Source of the DNA: Bryobacterales bacterium
GTDB lineage: Bacteria; Acidobacteriota; Terriglobia; Bryobacterales; UBA6623
Reading direction: 5' to 3'
DNA length: 64,000 nt
Assembly: GCA_963422375.2 (NCBI GenBank)
Contig: OY729428.2
Span: forward strand, 896,001 to 960,000
This document shows, piece after piece, positions 39,194-49,166 of the stretch. The translations under genes were made by a program, and so were the position numbers. The notes beneath the pieces were generated by a model that searched no databases, was not told the origin of the DNA, and saw only the letters and a program-made list of their open reading frames with translations. Within the stretch, counting starts at the first letter, position 1. Every line of letters begins with the position of its first letter.

Positions 39194-40760
39194 TTGAATA
39201 CATCGGGCCCGAACATATCGCAGAAACATTACAGCATCCCGCCCCTCGGACGGCTCGACCTCGACAACGTGCTGTGGTTGATCCGCGAGTGGAAGTACTT
39301 CGTCCTGCATGCACCCCGGCAGACGGGCAAGACTTCGGCACTGCTGGCCCTGCAGGACCTGCTCAACAGTGGCTCGGAAGGCGACTACCGCTGCGTCTAC
39401 GTGAACGTCGAAGGCGGCCAGGCGATGCGCGAGAACGTCGCGGAAGGACTTCTCACGATTCTCCAAGCACTGAGCGATCGCGCCCAAGAAGTACTCGACG
39501 ACAATTTCTTGGAGAAGCTTTTCCATGGCGACTTGGATCGCTGGCCACCGGGCAACGCCCTAGCCCGGTCCTTGCGGCTCTGGGCACGGGCCGACCCGCG
39601 TCCGCTGGTGCTGCTGATCGACGAGATCGATGCGCTGGTGGGCAACACTCTGATTTCGGTGCTGCGGCAGCTGCGCTCGGGCTACGACATGCGGCCGCGG
39701 AGCTTTCCGCAGAGCATCGTGCTGTGTGGCGTGCGCGACCTGCACGACTACCGCATTCACTCGGCGTCGACCGGGGAGAATATCGCGGGCGGCAGCGCCT
39801 TCAATATCAGCGCCAAGTCGCTGCGACTCGGCGATTTCACGCGGGGCGACGTCGAGGCGCTGCTGGCGCAGCACACAGCAGAGACCGGCCAGCAATTACC
39901 GCCCGGAAGCGCTGAGACGCGTTTGGAGACAAACACTGGGACAGCCCTGGCTGGTCAACGCGCTCTGCCACGAGGCCTGTTTCGAAAGCGAGAGTGGGCG
40001 CGACCGCGGCCGCCCGGTCACCGAGGGAGACATCCTCGACGCACAGGAGAGGCCCATCCTAAACCGGGTGACGCACCTCGACCAGCTCGCTGACAAGCTG
40101 CGAGAGGAGCGCGTCCAGCGCGTAGTCGAGCCGATCCTGAGCGGTGCCGCGGAACAGGGATTCTCGACGCGAGACCTAGACTACGTCCGTGACCTCGGCC
40201 TACTGTCGCGCGCGACTCCCCGCATCGCCAACCCGGTCTACGCCGAGGTCGTGCCACGCGAGCTCAACTACCACGTACAAGAGAGCTTGGGGGAGCGAGC
40301 CACCTTCTCCGTGGACGCTGGTGGCGGCTTGGAGGTGGCCAAGCTGCTGTCGGCCTTTCAGGTCTTCTTCCGGGAGCACTCCGAGCACTGGCTGCAGCGC
40401 TTCCGCTACCGCGAGGCGGGACCGCAGCTGTTGCTGCAGGCGTTCCTGCAGCGCGTGGTCAACGGCGGAGGCCGCATCGAGCGGGAGTACGGCCTAGGTC
40501 GCGGGCGCACCGACTTGCTGGTTCTGTAGCCGGTGGGCGGGCAGACCGACCGCATCGTGATCGAGTGCAAGATCCTGCACGGTGGATTGGAGCGGACCAT
40601 CCGCGAGGGGTGTGACCAGACCGCGCACTACATGGGCCGCTGTGGTGCCCGGGAGGGTCACCTGCTGGTATTTGATCGCAGCGACCGGCCTTGGGAGGAC
40701 AAGTTGTTCCGGCAGCGGAAGGAGGTCCGCGGCAAGGCCGTCGAGGTATGGGGCATGTGA
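39194..40760 (+). pseudogene. AAA-like ATPase with C-terminal PD-(D/E)XK domain, pseudogene
   Basis: HAPRQTGKT, LLIDEID, GSAFNI; frameshift near 39900; EREYGLGRGRTDL then TAG at 40527-40529; VIECK; start codon degraded. Confidence 0.85.
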
Positions 40761-41044
40761 CGCGGTCGAGGCCGATCGACCCAAGCTCACAAGACCGAAC
40801 CTTGCGAAGTGATTCCTGCGCGATCCCCTGCCACCTGGCTATTCCTTGCAGGGCGAACGCCGATTGGCAGGGGAAGCACGATTCGCGGAAGTATCTTCGC
40901 TCTGAGTGCCGCTTCGCGCCATCCAGTCCCTACCTGACCGGACGTGGGCTGCGCTGGGCGCACGCAGCCCAGCCGACAGGCTGGCGACGTCTTCCATCGT
41001 TGGCGCGGAACTGCAGAGCCGCCGCGCCCGAGGGAGTCGGGTTC

Positions 41045-41302
41045 ATTGACCGTGTTGTGGAACAGGCCGCCGAAGAACATGGCCCATCGGTCGGTCCAGT
41101 CGGGGGTCTGCAGGAGGGAGTCCTCCAAGTGGGCGCGCTTGTCTTCAGCCGGGTCAGCTAGGAACGCCTCGACCTCGGGCTAGCTCGGAATGCGGCCCGT
41201 CAGGTCAAGGCGCGCGCGACGCAGGAATTCGCTATCGGTCGTCAGGTACGTCAGCGGCACGCCCGCTGCAGCGGCAGTCTTCTGGATGCAGTCGTCGATG
41301 CC
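41045..41302 (-). pseudogene. DUF1549-domain fragment
   Basis: DSEFLRRARLDLTGRIPS*PEVEAFLADPAEDKRAHLEDSLL..WTDRWAMFF, stop at 41180-41182. Confidence 0.7.
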
Positions 41303-41509
41303 GGTACCAGGCCCTCCGTCCCCCTAGACCAGCGCGACTACCGGGGCGGGCCAACCACCCCGTCGGGGCTCCGGCGGCTTCCGCCGCGCGGTCAGCCACG
41401 GCCAGAGGCTGCGGCCGGGTAGGCCCGATCCGCGGACCAGCGGAAGCCCGGAGAAGTCGGTGTATACTGTTGCGACGATGCGGCCCGATCCGCGTCAATT
41501 GGAGGGACT

Positions 41510-42355
41510 GTGAAACCTGCATGCATCCTGACGGCAGCACTCGTCTTGCTGGGATTCCTCGCTCCGGCTTCCGTCGGCGCCGCGGACGAACGAATCTTCA
41601 ACACGGTCAAGCAGAAGCTCGCCGAAGGCAAGCAGGTGGTCGGCGGCACGGTCAACACCTCCGACCCCAACATCTACTGCGCGATGGCCAACTCCGGCTT
41701 CGACTTCCTCTGGATCGAGATGCAGCACAGCCCGCTCACCTATGACCAGGCGGCGAAGATGATCTGGGCCTGCCGGGGCGCGCCTGCGATACCGTTCATC
41801 CGCGTCCCCACACCGACGGAGGGCGATATCCAGAAGGCTACCGACATCGGGGCCTTGGGGATTGTCGTGCCCATGGTGGACAGCGTCCAAGAGGCCGAGG
41901 ACGGCGTGACGTACGCCAAGTTCCCGCCGCGAGGCAAGCGCAGCCGCGGCGGAGGCCAGTACGGAAGGCTCTGGGGCCCGGACTATCGCGAGCTGGCGAA
42001 CGACAACATCATGGTCGTCGTGATGATAGAGTCACCCGCGGGAGTGGATATCGTCGACGAGGTCGCGGCGATCGACGGGGTCGATGTCGTTTTCGCTGCC
42101 AGCGGCGACATCGGCAGTTTCACCGGCTGGGCCCGCGACGATCCGCGGTACATGGCACTGATTGAGAAGATCAAAGTCGAAACGCTCAAGGCGGGCAAGA
42201 TCCTCGCCGGACCGCTCTCATGGCGCGACCGGGAGGGCTTCATGTTCTTCCAGGGGCCGTCAGAGGGCAGTCTCATCCAGGACGGCGCCAAGGCCGCCTT
42301 GGAACAGCCTGCGGAGGCCATGGAGGACACCGCCACGGGAGACGAAGCGAACTAG
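41510..42355 (+). CDS. HpcH/HpaI aldolase-family protein with signal peptide
   Basis: FDFLWIEMQH, IRVP, DIGALGIVVPMV, KFPPRGKRS, VMIES, IDGVDVVF. Confidence 0.85.
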   Translation: MKPACILTAALVLLGFLAPASVGAADERIFNTVKQKLAEGKQVVGGTVNTSDPNIYCAMANSGFDFLWIEMQHSPLTYDQAAKMIWACRGAPAIPFIRVPTPTEGDIQKATDIGALGIVVPMVDSVQEAEDGVTYAKFPPRGKRSRGGGQYGRLWGPDYRELANDNIMVVVMIESPAGVDIVDEVAAIDGVDVVFAASGDIGSFTGWARDDPRYMALIEKIKVETLKAGKILAGPLSWRDREGFMFFQGPSEGSLIQDGAKAALEQPAEAMEDTATGDEAN

Positions 42356-42433
42356 CCGCGCGCCGCGACGGGCGGGCCCTCGGGAACGGACCCGAATGTC
42401 TGCGTGAGCCGCCGACCGGCTTGGGGACCGTGG

Positions 42434-43336
42434 CTACGGCTTGGCCACGATCAGGAAAAGATACAGCAGCGGCAGGTACAGGACGGATGCCCGCAACAGC
42501 TCCTTCGCGCTCTTGGGGGCGCCCGTCCGCACCAGCCGGAGGCCGTAGGCAAGGTAGCCCGCTCCCAGCAGGAACGCGGGGATGGCGTACCACCAAGCGA
42601 CCATGCCCAGCCACGCGGGCAGCATGGACAGCGGCACCAGCGCCGTCCCCGCCCCGACGATCTGCCGGTACGTCGACTCGCCGGTCGGCTCGATCACCGG
42701 GAGCATGCAGATTCCGGCGCGACCGTAGTCTTCGCGGTACATCCACGCTATGGCGTAGAAATGCGGGAACTGCCACAGGAAGAGGATGCCGTACAGGACC
42801 CAGCCCTCCAGGTCCAGAGCGCCCCGGATCGCCGCCCAGCCCAGCAGCGGGGGCACCGCCCCCGGAAAGGCCCCCAGCGCGGTCGACAGCCAAGTCCTCG
42901 TCTTGAGCGGCGTGTAGACGAAGTTGTAGCTGACGACCGTGAAGACCCCCAAGGCGAAGCTCAGGGGGTTGACCAGCGCCAGCAGGTGAATGAGCCCGGC
43001 CGCCGTGAGCCCGCCTGCGTAGAGCAGGGCCGCGCGAGGCCGCACCCGCCCGGACGGCAGCGGGCGGCCGGCGGTCCGGCGCATGCGACTGTCCGCGTCG
43101 CGCTCCCACCACTGGTTCAGAGCGCCTGTCCCGGCCGCGAGCAGCCCGGTCGCGACGATGGCATGCACGAACTGCTCGGTCAGCAGGGGGCCCTGGACCG
43201 CCAAGTAGCAGCCCATGACCGTCGACATCAGGATGAGCCAGACGATCGACGGCTTCGCCAGCTCGTTGTAGGCCGGCAGTGCCGCGGACATCCCCGGCAG
43301 GCGGGACCCGGCGCTCGTCCGCGAATTGGCGTCCAT
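42434..43336 (-). CDS. cyoE: protoheme IX farnesyltransferase (heme O synthase)
   Basis: LAKP, NQWWERDADSRMRRTAGRPLP, YTPLK, GAFPGAVPPLLGW, WQFPHF, EDY. Confidence 0.95.
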   Translation of the reverse strand: MDANSRTSAGSRLPGMSAALPAYNELAKPSIVWLILMSTVMGCYLAVQGPLLTEQFVHAIVATGLLAAGTGALNQWWERDADSRMRRTAGRPLPSGRVRPRAALLYAGGLTAAGLIHLLALVNPLSFALGVFTVVSYNFVYTPLKTRTWLSTALGAFPGAVPPLLGWAAIRGALDLEGWVLYGILFLWQFPHFYAIAWMYREDYGRAGICMLPVIEPTGESTYRQIVGAGTALVPLSMLPAWLGMVAWWYAIPAFLLGAGYLAYGLRLVRTGAPKSAKELLRASVLYLPLLYLFLIVAKP

Positions 43337-43375
43337 GCCCGTTGCGGTCCGGCGGGGCCCGAGGGCCGAGCCGAC

Positions 43376-44194
43376 CTAGCCCGTGAATGCGAAGTCGACC
43401 TGCTTGCTCTCGCCAGCCCCGACCGTGAACTCGATCTCCTGCTCGCCGATCCGCTCGTGCGTGGCTTGCAAGGTGTAGGTCCCCGGAGGCAGGTTCCCGA
43501 TTTCGAACCCGCCGCCGGAATCCGTGACCGCGAAGTACGGGTGCTCCATCACGTGGATGTACGCTTGCATCCACGGATGAATGTTGCACTTGACGGCGAT
43601 CTTCAGCTCCGGCCGCGGGAACTTGTAGGCAATCGCCGGAGCGCCGGATGTCTGCGACTTGTTCCACTCCCGGTTCTCGCGCGGCAGCGGATGCACGTTG
43701 TGCGTGGTGGGATCGGAGTTGGTGATGCTCAGCGACTGGCCGGCCTGCACCGCCACCACGTGGGGCTTGTAGATGCAGCCCTTCTGGTCGAGGCTCACCA
43801 CGTCCGTGCGAACCGGGAAGCGCTTGCCTTCCAAGCCCTTCGACACCCACACGAGTGCGTCCTGTAGCTTCCCGTCCGCCAAGAGCACGCGATCCGACGG
43901 GACGCGCCCGCCGTGGAGTTCCATGCAGTCCGGCTCGGCGCTCATGTTGACCGGCGGGAACCGAGGCGCCTCGCCCGAGAAGGACACCGTGCCCGACACC
44001 TGGGCCGCGGTGGCCGAATCGACGGTGGTCATGACGCCCGCCGCGGGAGCGGCGCTCTCGGTCGAGCCGCCGCTGGACCTGGCGTCGTACTGGTCGAAGT
44101 AGTCGTCGCCGCCGCACGAAACCGCGACCACCGCGGCAGCGAGCGCCGAGACCAGCAGCAGGGCTAGGAATCTACGATTGAACACGCTTGGCAC
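43376..44194 (-). CDS. lipoprotein with cupredoxin-like and carboxypeptidase-regulatory-like domains
   Basis: lipobox AVSC; DQKGCIYKPH, NSDPTTHNVH, KCNIHPWM, HPYFAVT. Confidence 0.8.
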   Translation of the reverse strand: MPSVFNRRFLALLLVSALAAAVVAVSCGGDDYFDQYDARSSGGSTESAAPAAGVMTTVDSATAAQVSGTVSFSGEAPRFPPVNMSAEPDCMELHGGRVPSDRVLLADGKLQDALVWVSKGLEGKRFPVRTDVVSLDQKGCIYKPHVVAVQAGQSLSITNSDPTTHNVHPLPRENREWNKSQTSGAPAIAYKFPRPELKIAVKCNIHPWMQAYIHVMEHPYFAVTDSGGGFEIGNLPPGTYTLQATHERIGEQEIEFTVGAGESKQVDFAFTG

Positions 44195-44216
44195 CTCCTA
44201 AAGAGCGTCGCTTCCC

Positions 44217-47213
44217 TCATTGTAGGGCTTGCAGACGGCGCAGCTCCGTGCTGTCCATCTGGAACATGTAGCGGGTCAGCAGGTCGGCGTGGTCGCCGGA
44301 ATAGTTGCGGGCGGCCGCGGGAAGGTCGCCCTCGAAGACCCACCTGTCGCGGTCCCTCCGGAACAGATCCGACGGCATCGCCGTGCCCGGCGCGATCGAG
44401 GCCGGCTCGAGCAGCCAGCGATACGTCCAGTTGGGCTTGAGGCGCTCGGCGGCGATCAGGAAGTTGGGCGCGGTCGCGTCCGCGTCCTGCGAGGGGACGC
44501 CTGTCATGTGGCACTTCAGGCACGGCGCCGCGTCGCTGGTGAAGAGCTGGCGGCCGATCGCCCGCTCGGCTTCCGTCAGGGGGGCCATTTCCTCCGGCAT
44601 GTACGGCACCGGCTGCGAGTCCCGCGCCATGAAGAACTTGCTCACCTTGGCTATCTGGCGGTCCGAGAAGTAGAACGTCGGCATCCTTGCGTGGAGGTAG
44701 CTGCGAACGCCGTTGCGGTTGGTGTCGGTCTCGCTCAGCGCCGGGTTGCGCAGGAACTCCGCTAGCCAGGAGGGCTGCACGCGAGCGCCCTGCGCGTAGA
44801 GCTGCGGGGGCAGCTGCTCGGCCCAGTCCGGGTCGTCGGTGTAGCGCGGGATCGACATGAAGGACGACTCGTTGCCCGGCCGGATCTGGTGGCAGCCGGT
44901 GCAGTTGTGGCGCACGAGAATCCACCAGCCCGCCTGCGCGTCGGCCCGCTGGTCTTCGGGCTCGTAGCGGTAGTGCTCCGGGAAGGTCGTCTCGACCGCG
45001 CCCAGCAGGAACGTGGTCAGGGCGTTGATCTCCGACGGGTCCAGGTTGAAGTTCGGCATTCGCAGCCGCTCCAGGTGCTCGCGCTCCTTGCCGTCATCGA
45101 AGACGGCCGGGTTCTCCAGCTTGTGCTCGAAGAACCCCTTGTGGCTGTACCAGCCCTCCCGCTCCGCCTCGTGGGTCTTCAGCGCGAAGTCGAGGCGCTC
45201 GAGGGGCTTGCTGCCTTCGACGGTCAGGTCGGTGCCGATCCGTCCCTCCTCCTCGAGGCCCGAGATCTCGTGGCAGCCGGCGCAGCCGTAGTGCTTGATC
45301 GCGTCCAGCCCCGCGGCGGCAAGCTGCGGATCGTCCATGTATTCGGCGGCGGGATACTCGGCGCCCGCGCCGTGCTGGCTAAGGTAGGTGGCGATGTCGC
45401 GGGACTCCTCGAGCGTCAGGCGCAGGCTCGGCATGATCGGCCGAGGGCGCAGCTCGTCGGGCACGTCCGGATCCGGCGTGACCTCGGAGGGGTCGTGGAT
45501 CCAGCGGACCATGTAGTCGTAGTTCATCTTCGCGCCGACGCGGCTCAGGTTCGCGGCGAACGCGCCGCCCACGCGGTCGGCGCCCTCTCCGATCGAGTGG
45601 CAGCCCATGCAGCCGCGCGTCTCGAACAGCTCCTTGCCGGCGTCGGCGTCGCCGCGACGGTGCTGGACGAGCTGGCCGTCCAGCGCGTTCTGCCACAGGT
45701 AGGCCGAGATCTGGCGGACTTCCTCGTCCAGCAGGCGGAACACGGGCATCTTGGACCCGGGCCGGAACTCGTGCGGGTTCTTGATCCACTCCGGGATCCA
45801 TTCCTTGACGTCCTTGAGCCTGACTTCCTTCAGGCTCGGCCCGAACTTCTTCACCTCGCGGGCGAGATTCGCCTGCTCGACCCGCAAGTTGTGGACTTCC
45901 GCGTCGATCCGGGTGTTCGCCAGGCGCAGCTCCTCCGCCCGGGCGTAGAGCGCCCGGGCCGCGCCGGCGTCCGCCGCCGTGTCCCCGCGGCTCTCGCTGA
46001 TGCGGACCTCCTTGGCGTTGGCGTCGCGCGTCGCCACGAGATTGCGCATCTCCTGGCGCACGGCCGTCAGCTCCTCGGACTCGGCATCGAAGCCCTCGAA
46101 GCGGTGGCAGCCCCAGCAGCCCTTGTTCATGTACAGCTCGCGGCCCTGGTTGAGCGTCTCGCCGCCGGGCGTAACGATCTCCCTGGCGTGGCACTGGTGG
46201 CAGCCCGCCTCCACGTTCTCGGGGAAGTACATGGGCCACAGCCAGAACTTGTGGCGCCCGTGCCCCTTGGTCACGCTGCGGGTGGCCCGTCCGTTGCCGT
46301 TGTGGCAGGAGGAACAGCCGAAGGCCTCGGGGTCGTGGATCGAGAGCAGGTCGGGCCGCGGATGGCTCCGGAAAACCGGGTAGATGAGGTCGGTCGGCCC
46401 GATCTCCATCGGCTCGCGGATACCCAGGTGGCACGACTCGCAGCGGTCGACCAGGTCGATGTCCATCAGGTGTATCTGCTTGATGCCCGTTTGGAACTCG
46501 CGCATGTTGGAGATGAGGCCGTCGATCTGCGTCGCGCCCAGCCCGACCAGCCGGTCGGCCATCAGGGAGTCGCGCTCGGACCGCACCGCGTTGGCCTCCT
46601 CCAGCGCTGCCAAGCGCTCGGCCTGCAGGCTCGCGCGGGCCCCCTGGAGTCCGAGAAACTCCGCCTCGAGCTGCTCGAATTTCAGCTCCAGCTCCTCGGT
46701 ATCTCCGGAGCCGTCCGCCAGCGGCAGCTCCACCTCGACAATGCGCTCGCGGATTTCGGCGATGTCCTCGCGAATGCTGTCCTTTTCGCTCTCGTCGTGC
46801 GACACCTCGACCCGGTAGCGCAGGGCGTCGATCTCGCTCCGCAGGACCTGGAACGCGTTCCGCGCCGCGGTCATGCGCGGGATGACGCCGCGGCCGACCT
46901 CGGTGTCGATCGTCGCGATGCGCTCGCGGACGGCCGCCTCGGCGGCCTCCAGCTCCGCGCTCACGGCCTGGTACTCGGGCGACTGGCGGATCGCCTCCTC
47001 CTTGGCGGCCTGCTCCGGGCGGGCCTTCATCAGGAAGCCCGTGTAGTAGGCGCGGAAGCGCGCTTGGTACTCCTTGTACGGGCGCATCAACTCGACCTCG
47101 TCGTAGACCGCCCACACGAGGGACCCCATCAGCAGCAGCATCGACACCAGCAGGTGGACGCTGTAGGACTTGGTGGTAATCGGATCCGGCTGGACTTGGT
47201 TGTCTTCTGGCAT
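44217..47213 (-). CDS. membrane-anchored octaheme cytochrome c with coiled-coil segments
   Basis: eight CxxCH motifs (CESCH, CSSCH, CHQCH, CWGCH, CMGCH, CAGCH, CTGCH, CLKCH); N-terminal TM. Confidence 0.92.
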   Translation of the reverse strand: MPEDNQVQPDPITTKSYSVHLLVSMLLLMGSLVWAVYDEVELMRPYKEYQARFRAYYTGFLMKARPEQAAKEEAIRQSPEYQAVSAELEAAEAAVRERIATIDTEVGRGVIPRMTAARNAFQVLRSEIDALRYRVEVSHDESEKDSIREDIAEIRERIVEVELPLADGSGDTEELELKFEQLEAEFLGLQGARASLQAERLAALEEANAVRSERDSLMADRLVGLGATQIDGLISNMREFQTGIKQIHLMDIDLVDRCESCHLGIREPMEIGPTDLIYPVFRSHPRPDLLSIHDPEAFGCSSCHNGNGRATRSVTKGHGRHKFWLWPMYFPENVEAGCHQCHAREIVTPGGETLNQGRELYMNKGCWGCHRFEGFDAESEELTAVRQEMRNLVATRDANAKEVRISESRGDTAADAGAARALYARAEELRLANTRIDAEVHNLRVEQANLAREVKKFGPSLKEVRLKDVKEWIPEWIKNPHEFRPGSKMPVFRLLDEEVRQISAYLWQNALDGQLVQHRRGDADAGKELFETRGCMGCHSIGEGADRVGGAFAANLSRVGAKMNYDYMVRWIHDPSEVTPDPDVPDELRPRPIMPSLRLTLEESRDIATYLSQHGAGAEYPAAEYMDDPQLAAAGLDAIKHYGCAGCHEISGLEEEGRIGTDLTVEGSKPLERLDFALKTHEAEREGWYSHKGFFEHKLENPAVFDDGKEREHLERLRMPNFNLDPSEINALTTFLLGAVETTFPEHYRYEPEDQRADAQAGWWILVRHNCTGCHQIRPGNESSFMSIPRYTDDPDWAEQLPPQLYAQGARVQPSWLAEFLRNPALSETDTNRNGVRSYLHARMPTFYFSDRQIAKVSKFFMARDSQPVPYMPEEMAPLTEAERAIGRQLFTSDAAPCLKCHMTGVPSQDADATAPNFLIAAERLKPNWTYRWLLEPASIAPGTAMPSDLFRRDRDRWVFEGDLPAAARNYSGDHADLLTRYMFQMDSTELRRLQALQ

Positions 47214-47247
47214 GTAATTCCCTAGTCCCTGGCTGCGCGCGCCGCGG

Positions 47248-48183
47248 CTAGACGTTGAACCAAGGCGTGACCCACACGTACTTGATGCGGAACAGGAGGC
47301 GCGCCGCGATCTTGACCGGCAGCGCGAGCATTACGATCAGCAGCGACTGCAGGATTACGTACTGCAGCAGCGACATGCGGCCGAGAATCTTGCGCGAGAA
47401 CTCGGTCGCCGTCACGAGCCGGTGGCAGGCGTAGCCCGCGATCGCGAAGAAGCCGCCCACGACCAAGCCGCCGAAGATGCCGATCCAGGGCTGCGACGTG
47501 ATCCCGACTATCTCGTGCAGGTCGCGGTTGATCTCGAAGATGAGGCGATTGTGGTCCCAGGTCATGCCGGGCCAGAACCACATCCAGCCCGGGCCGCGAA
47601 TCAGGGTGCCGATGACGATCATCGAGCACCACAGGATGATGAACCCGAAGATGAACGTCCAGATCGCGAATCGGCGCTGGCGGTAGGTGTAGTAGCCGTT
47701 GCCGAGCGGGTTCTCGTCGATGTAGGGGATGACGATCAGGCCGATAATGATCAGCGTCGGCATCACCACTCCCGCGATCCACGGGTCGAAGTAGACCAGC
47801 ATCTCCTGCAGGCCGAGGAAGTACCACGGCGCCTTGGACGGGTTCATGGTCAGGGAGGGGTTGGCGGGCTCCTCGAGCGGGGCGTCCAGCGAGATCGACC
47901 AGACCATAAGGATCACCGTGACGATGATCGTCGCGAGGAACTCCATGCGCAGCAGGTACGGCCAGACGCTGACCTCGCGGGCCCAGCCCTTCTGGAAGGG
48001 CTCCGTCTTGCGGTGGTGCGTCTTCGCCAGGTCCTTGTCGCCCTCCAGCCGCTCGATCAGGCGGTCGTTGGCGAAGGCCTGCCGCAGCCCGTACCAAGCG
48101 AAGAACGGCACTATGAAGATCATCCCCACGATGGGGATGTTGTCCGGCAGCGAAATGATGGTCCAGAGCTGATGCCAATCCAT
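47248..48183 (-). CDS. cytochrome b C-terminal subunit (subunit IV-like)
   Basis: VWPYLL, APLEEPANP, NPSKAPWYFLGLQE, IPYID; several TM helices. Confidence 0.88.
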   Translation of the reverse strand: MDWHQLWTIISLPDNIPIVGMIFIVPFFAWYGLRQAFANDRLIERLEGDKDLAKTHHRKTEPFQKGWAREVSVWPYLLRMEFLATIIVTVILMVWSISLDAPLEEPANPSLTMNPSKAPWYFLGLQEMLVYFDPWIAGVVMPTLIIIGLIVIPYIDENPLGNGYYTYRQRRFAIWTFIFGFIILWCSMIVIGTLIRGPGWMWFWPGMTWDHNRLIFEINRDLHEIVGITSQPWIGIFGGLVVGGFFAIAGYACHRLVTATEFSRKILGRMSLLQYVILQSLLIVMLALPVKIAARLLFRIKYVWVTPWFNV

Positions 48184-48213
48184 GGTTCCGGTTCCTGTGC
48201 CTGCGGGCCGGGC

Positions 48214-49146
48214 CTACCTGCGCAGCGGCTTGATCTCCCGCTCCAAGGTCATGCGGTTGGGGCCGGAGATGCCGCCGTCCTTCCGGACGCGCCAGAAATG
48301 CACGATCATGAAGGTCGCCGCGAAGCCGGGAATCGCGATGCAGTGCCAGATATAGGCCCTTAGCAGGGCGTTGGCGTCCACGATCGACCCGCCCAGCAGC
48401 GCGAATCGCACGTCGTTGAAGGGCGTCATGCCGATCTGCGGCCCGAACGGGCCTTCGTGACCGAGCATCGGGGTGGCCCGGGCCATGTTGGTGCCGACGG
48501 TGACCGCCCAGAAGCCGAGCTGGTCGTCCGGCAGGAGGTAGCCCGTGAACGACAGCAGCAGGGTGAGCACCAGCAGGATCACCCCGACCGACCAGTTGAA
48601 CTGGCGCGGCTTCTTGTACGAACCGGTCAGGAACACGCGGAACATGTGCAGCTGCACGGTCAGGACCATCGCGTGCGCGGCCCAGCGGTGCATGTTGCGC
48701 AACAGCTTGCCGAACGGGACGTCGTGCTCTAAGTACAGGATGTCGCGGAACGCCTGCACCTTGGTCGGGTGGTAGTAGAACATGAGCAGGACGCCGGTCC
48801 AGGTAAGCACCCAGAAGAGGTAGAAGCTGATGCCGCCCATGCCCCAGGTGAAGCTGTAGCGCACCGCGTCGCGGTTCACCTTCGCGGGATGCAGGTGCAG
48901 GAAGACGTTGCTCAGCACGCCCAAGGTGCGGCTGCGGGCGGTCTCGTCGTGCTTGACGCGGAAAATCGACTTGTAGACCTCGGTCTTGGTGGGCTCGCGG
49001 ACCGCTTTCAGATCCATGAGCGCCTTCTGCTTGATCGCGTCCGGGTCGACCTTCACGCCCAGCAGGTTGCGCGCGCCGTTGCCGCTGCCGTTGGAGGACC
49101 CGCCGGCCCGCTTCGGCTGGGCGTCGGCCTGTTTGGTGTCAGCCAT
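48214..49146 (-). CDS. cytochrome b N-terminal subunit (b6-like)
   Basis: TGVLLMFYY, RNMHRWAAH..LHM, SFTGYLLP, WHC..VHFW heme-b ligands. Confidence 0.93.
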   Translation of the reverse strand: MADTKQADAQPKRAGGSSNGSGNGARNLLGVKVDPDAIKQKALMDLKAVREPTKTEVYKSIFRVKHDETARSRTLGVLSNVFLHLHPAKVNRDAVRYSFTWGMGGISFYLFWVLTWTGVLLMFYYHPTKVQAFRDILYLEHDVPFGKLLRNMHRWAAHAMVLTVQLHMFRVFLTGSYKKPRQFNWSVGVILLVLTLLLSFTGYLLPDDQLGFWAVTVGTNMARATPMLGHEGPFGPQIGMTPFNDVRFALLGGSIVDANALLRAYIWHCIAIPGFAATFMIVHFWRVRKDGGISGPNRMTLEREIKPLRR

Positions 49147-49166
49147 GCTCTAGATTCCTCCCCGCA

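Noticed and set aside
40826..40873. Inverted repeat CCCCTGCCA/TGGCAGGGG
   Set aside because: Long loop, no U-tract, lies in decayed DNA; not enough to call a terminator or ncRNA
5907..41182. Amber (TAG) recoding, suggested by many in-frame TAGs in broken genes
   Set aside because: Many intact genes end in TAG at their expected C-terminus (TonB receptor at 16446, pdxS, mazG), and most of the broken genes also carry frameshifts or deletions
44889..47225. Long antisense and alternative-frame ORFs (for example 44889-47225, 16089-17954, 54778-56370)
   Set aside because: Shadow ORFs expected from high GC3 opposite well-supported genes; Arg/Pro/Gly-rich with no motifs
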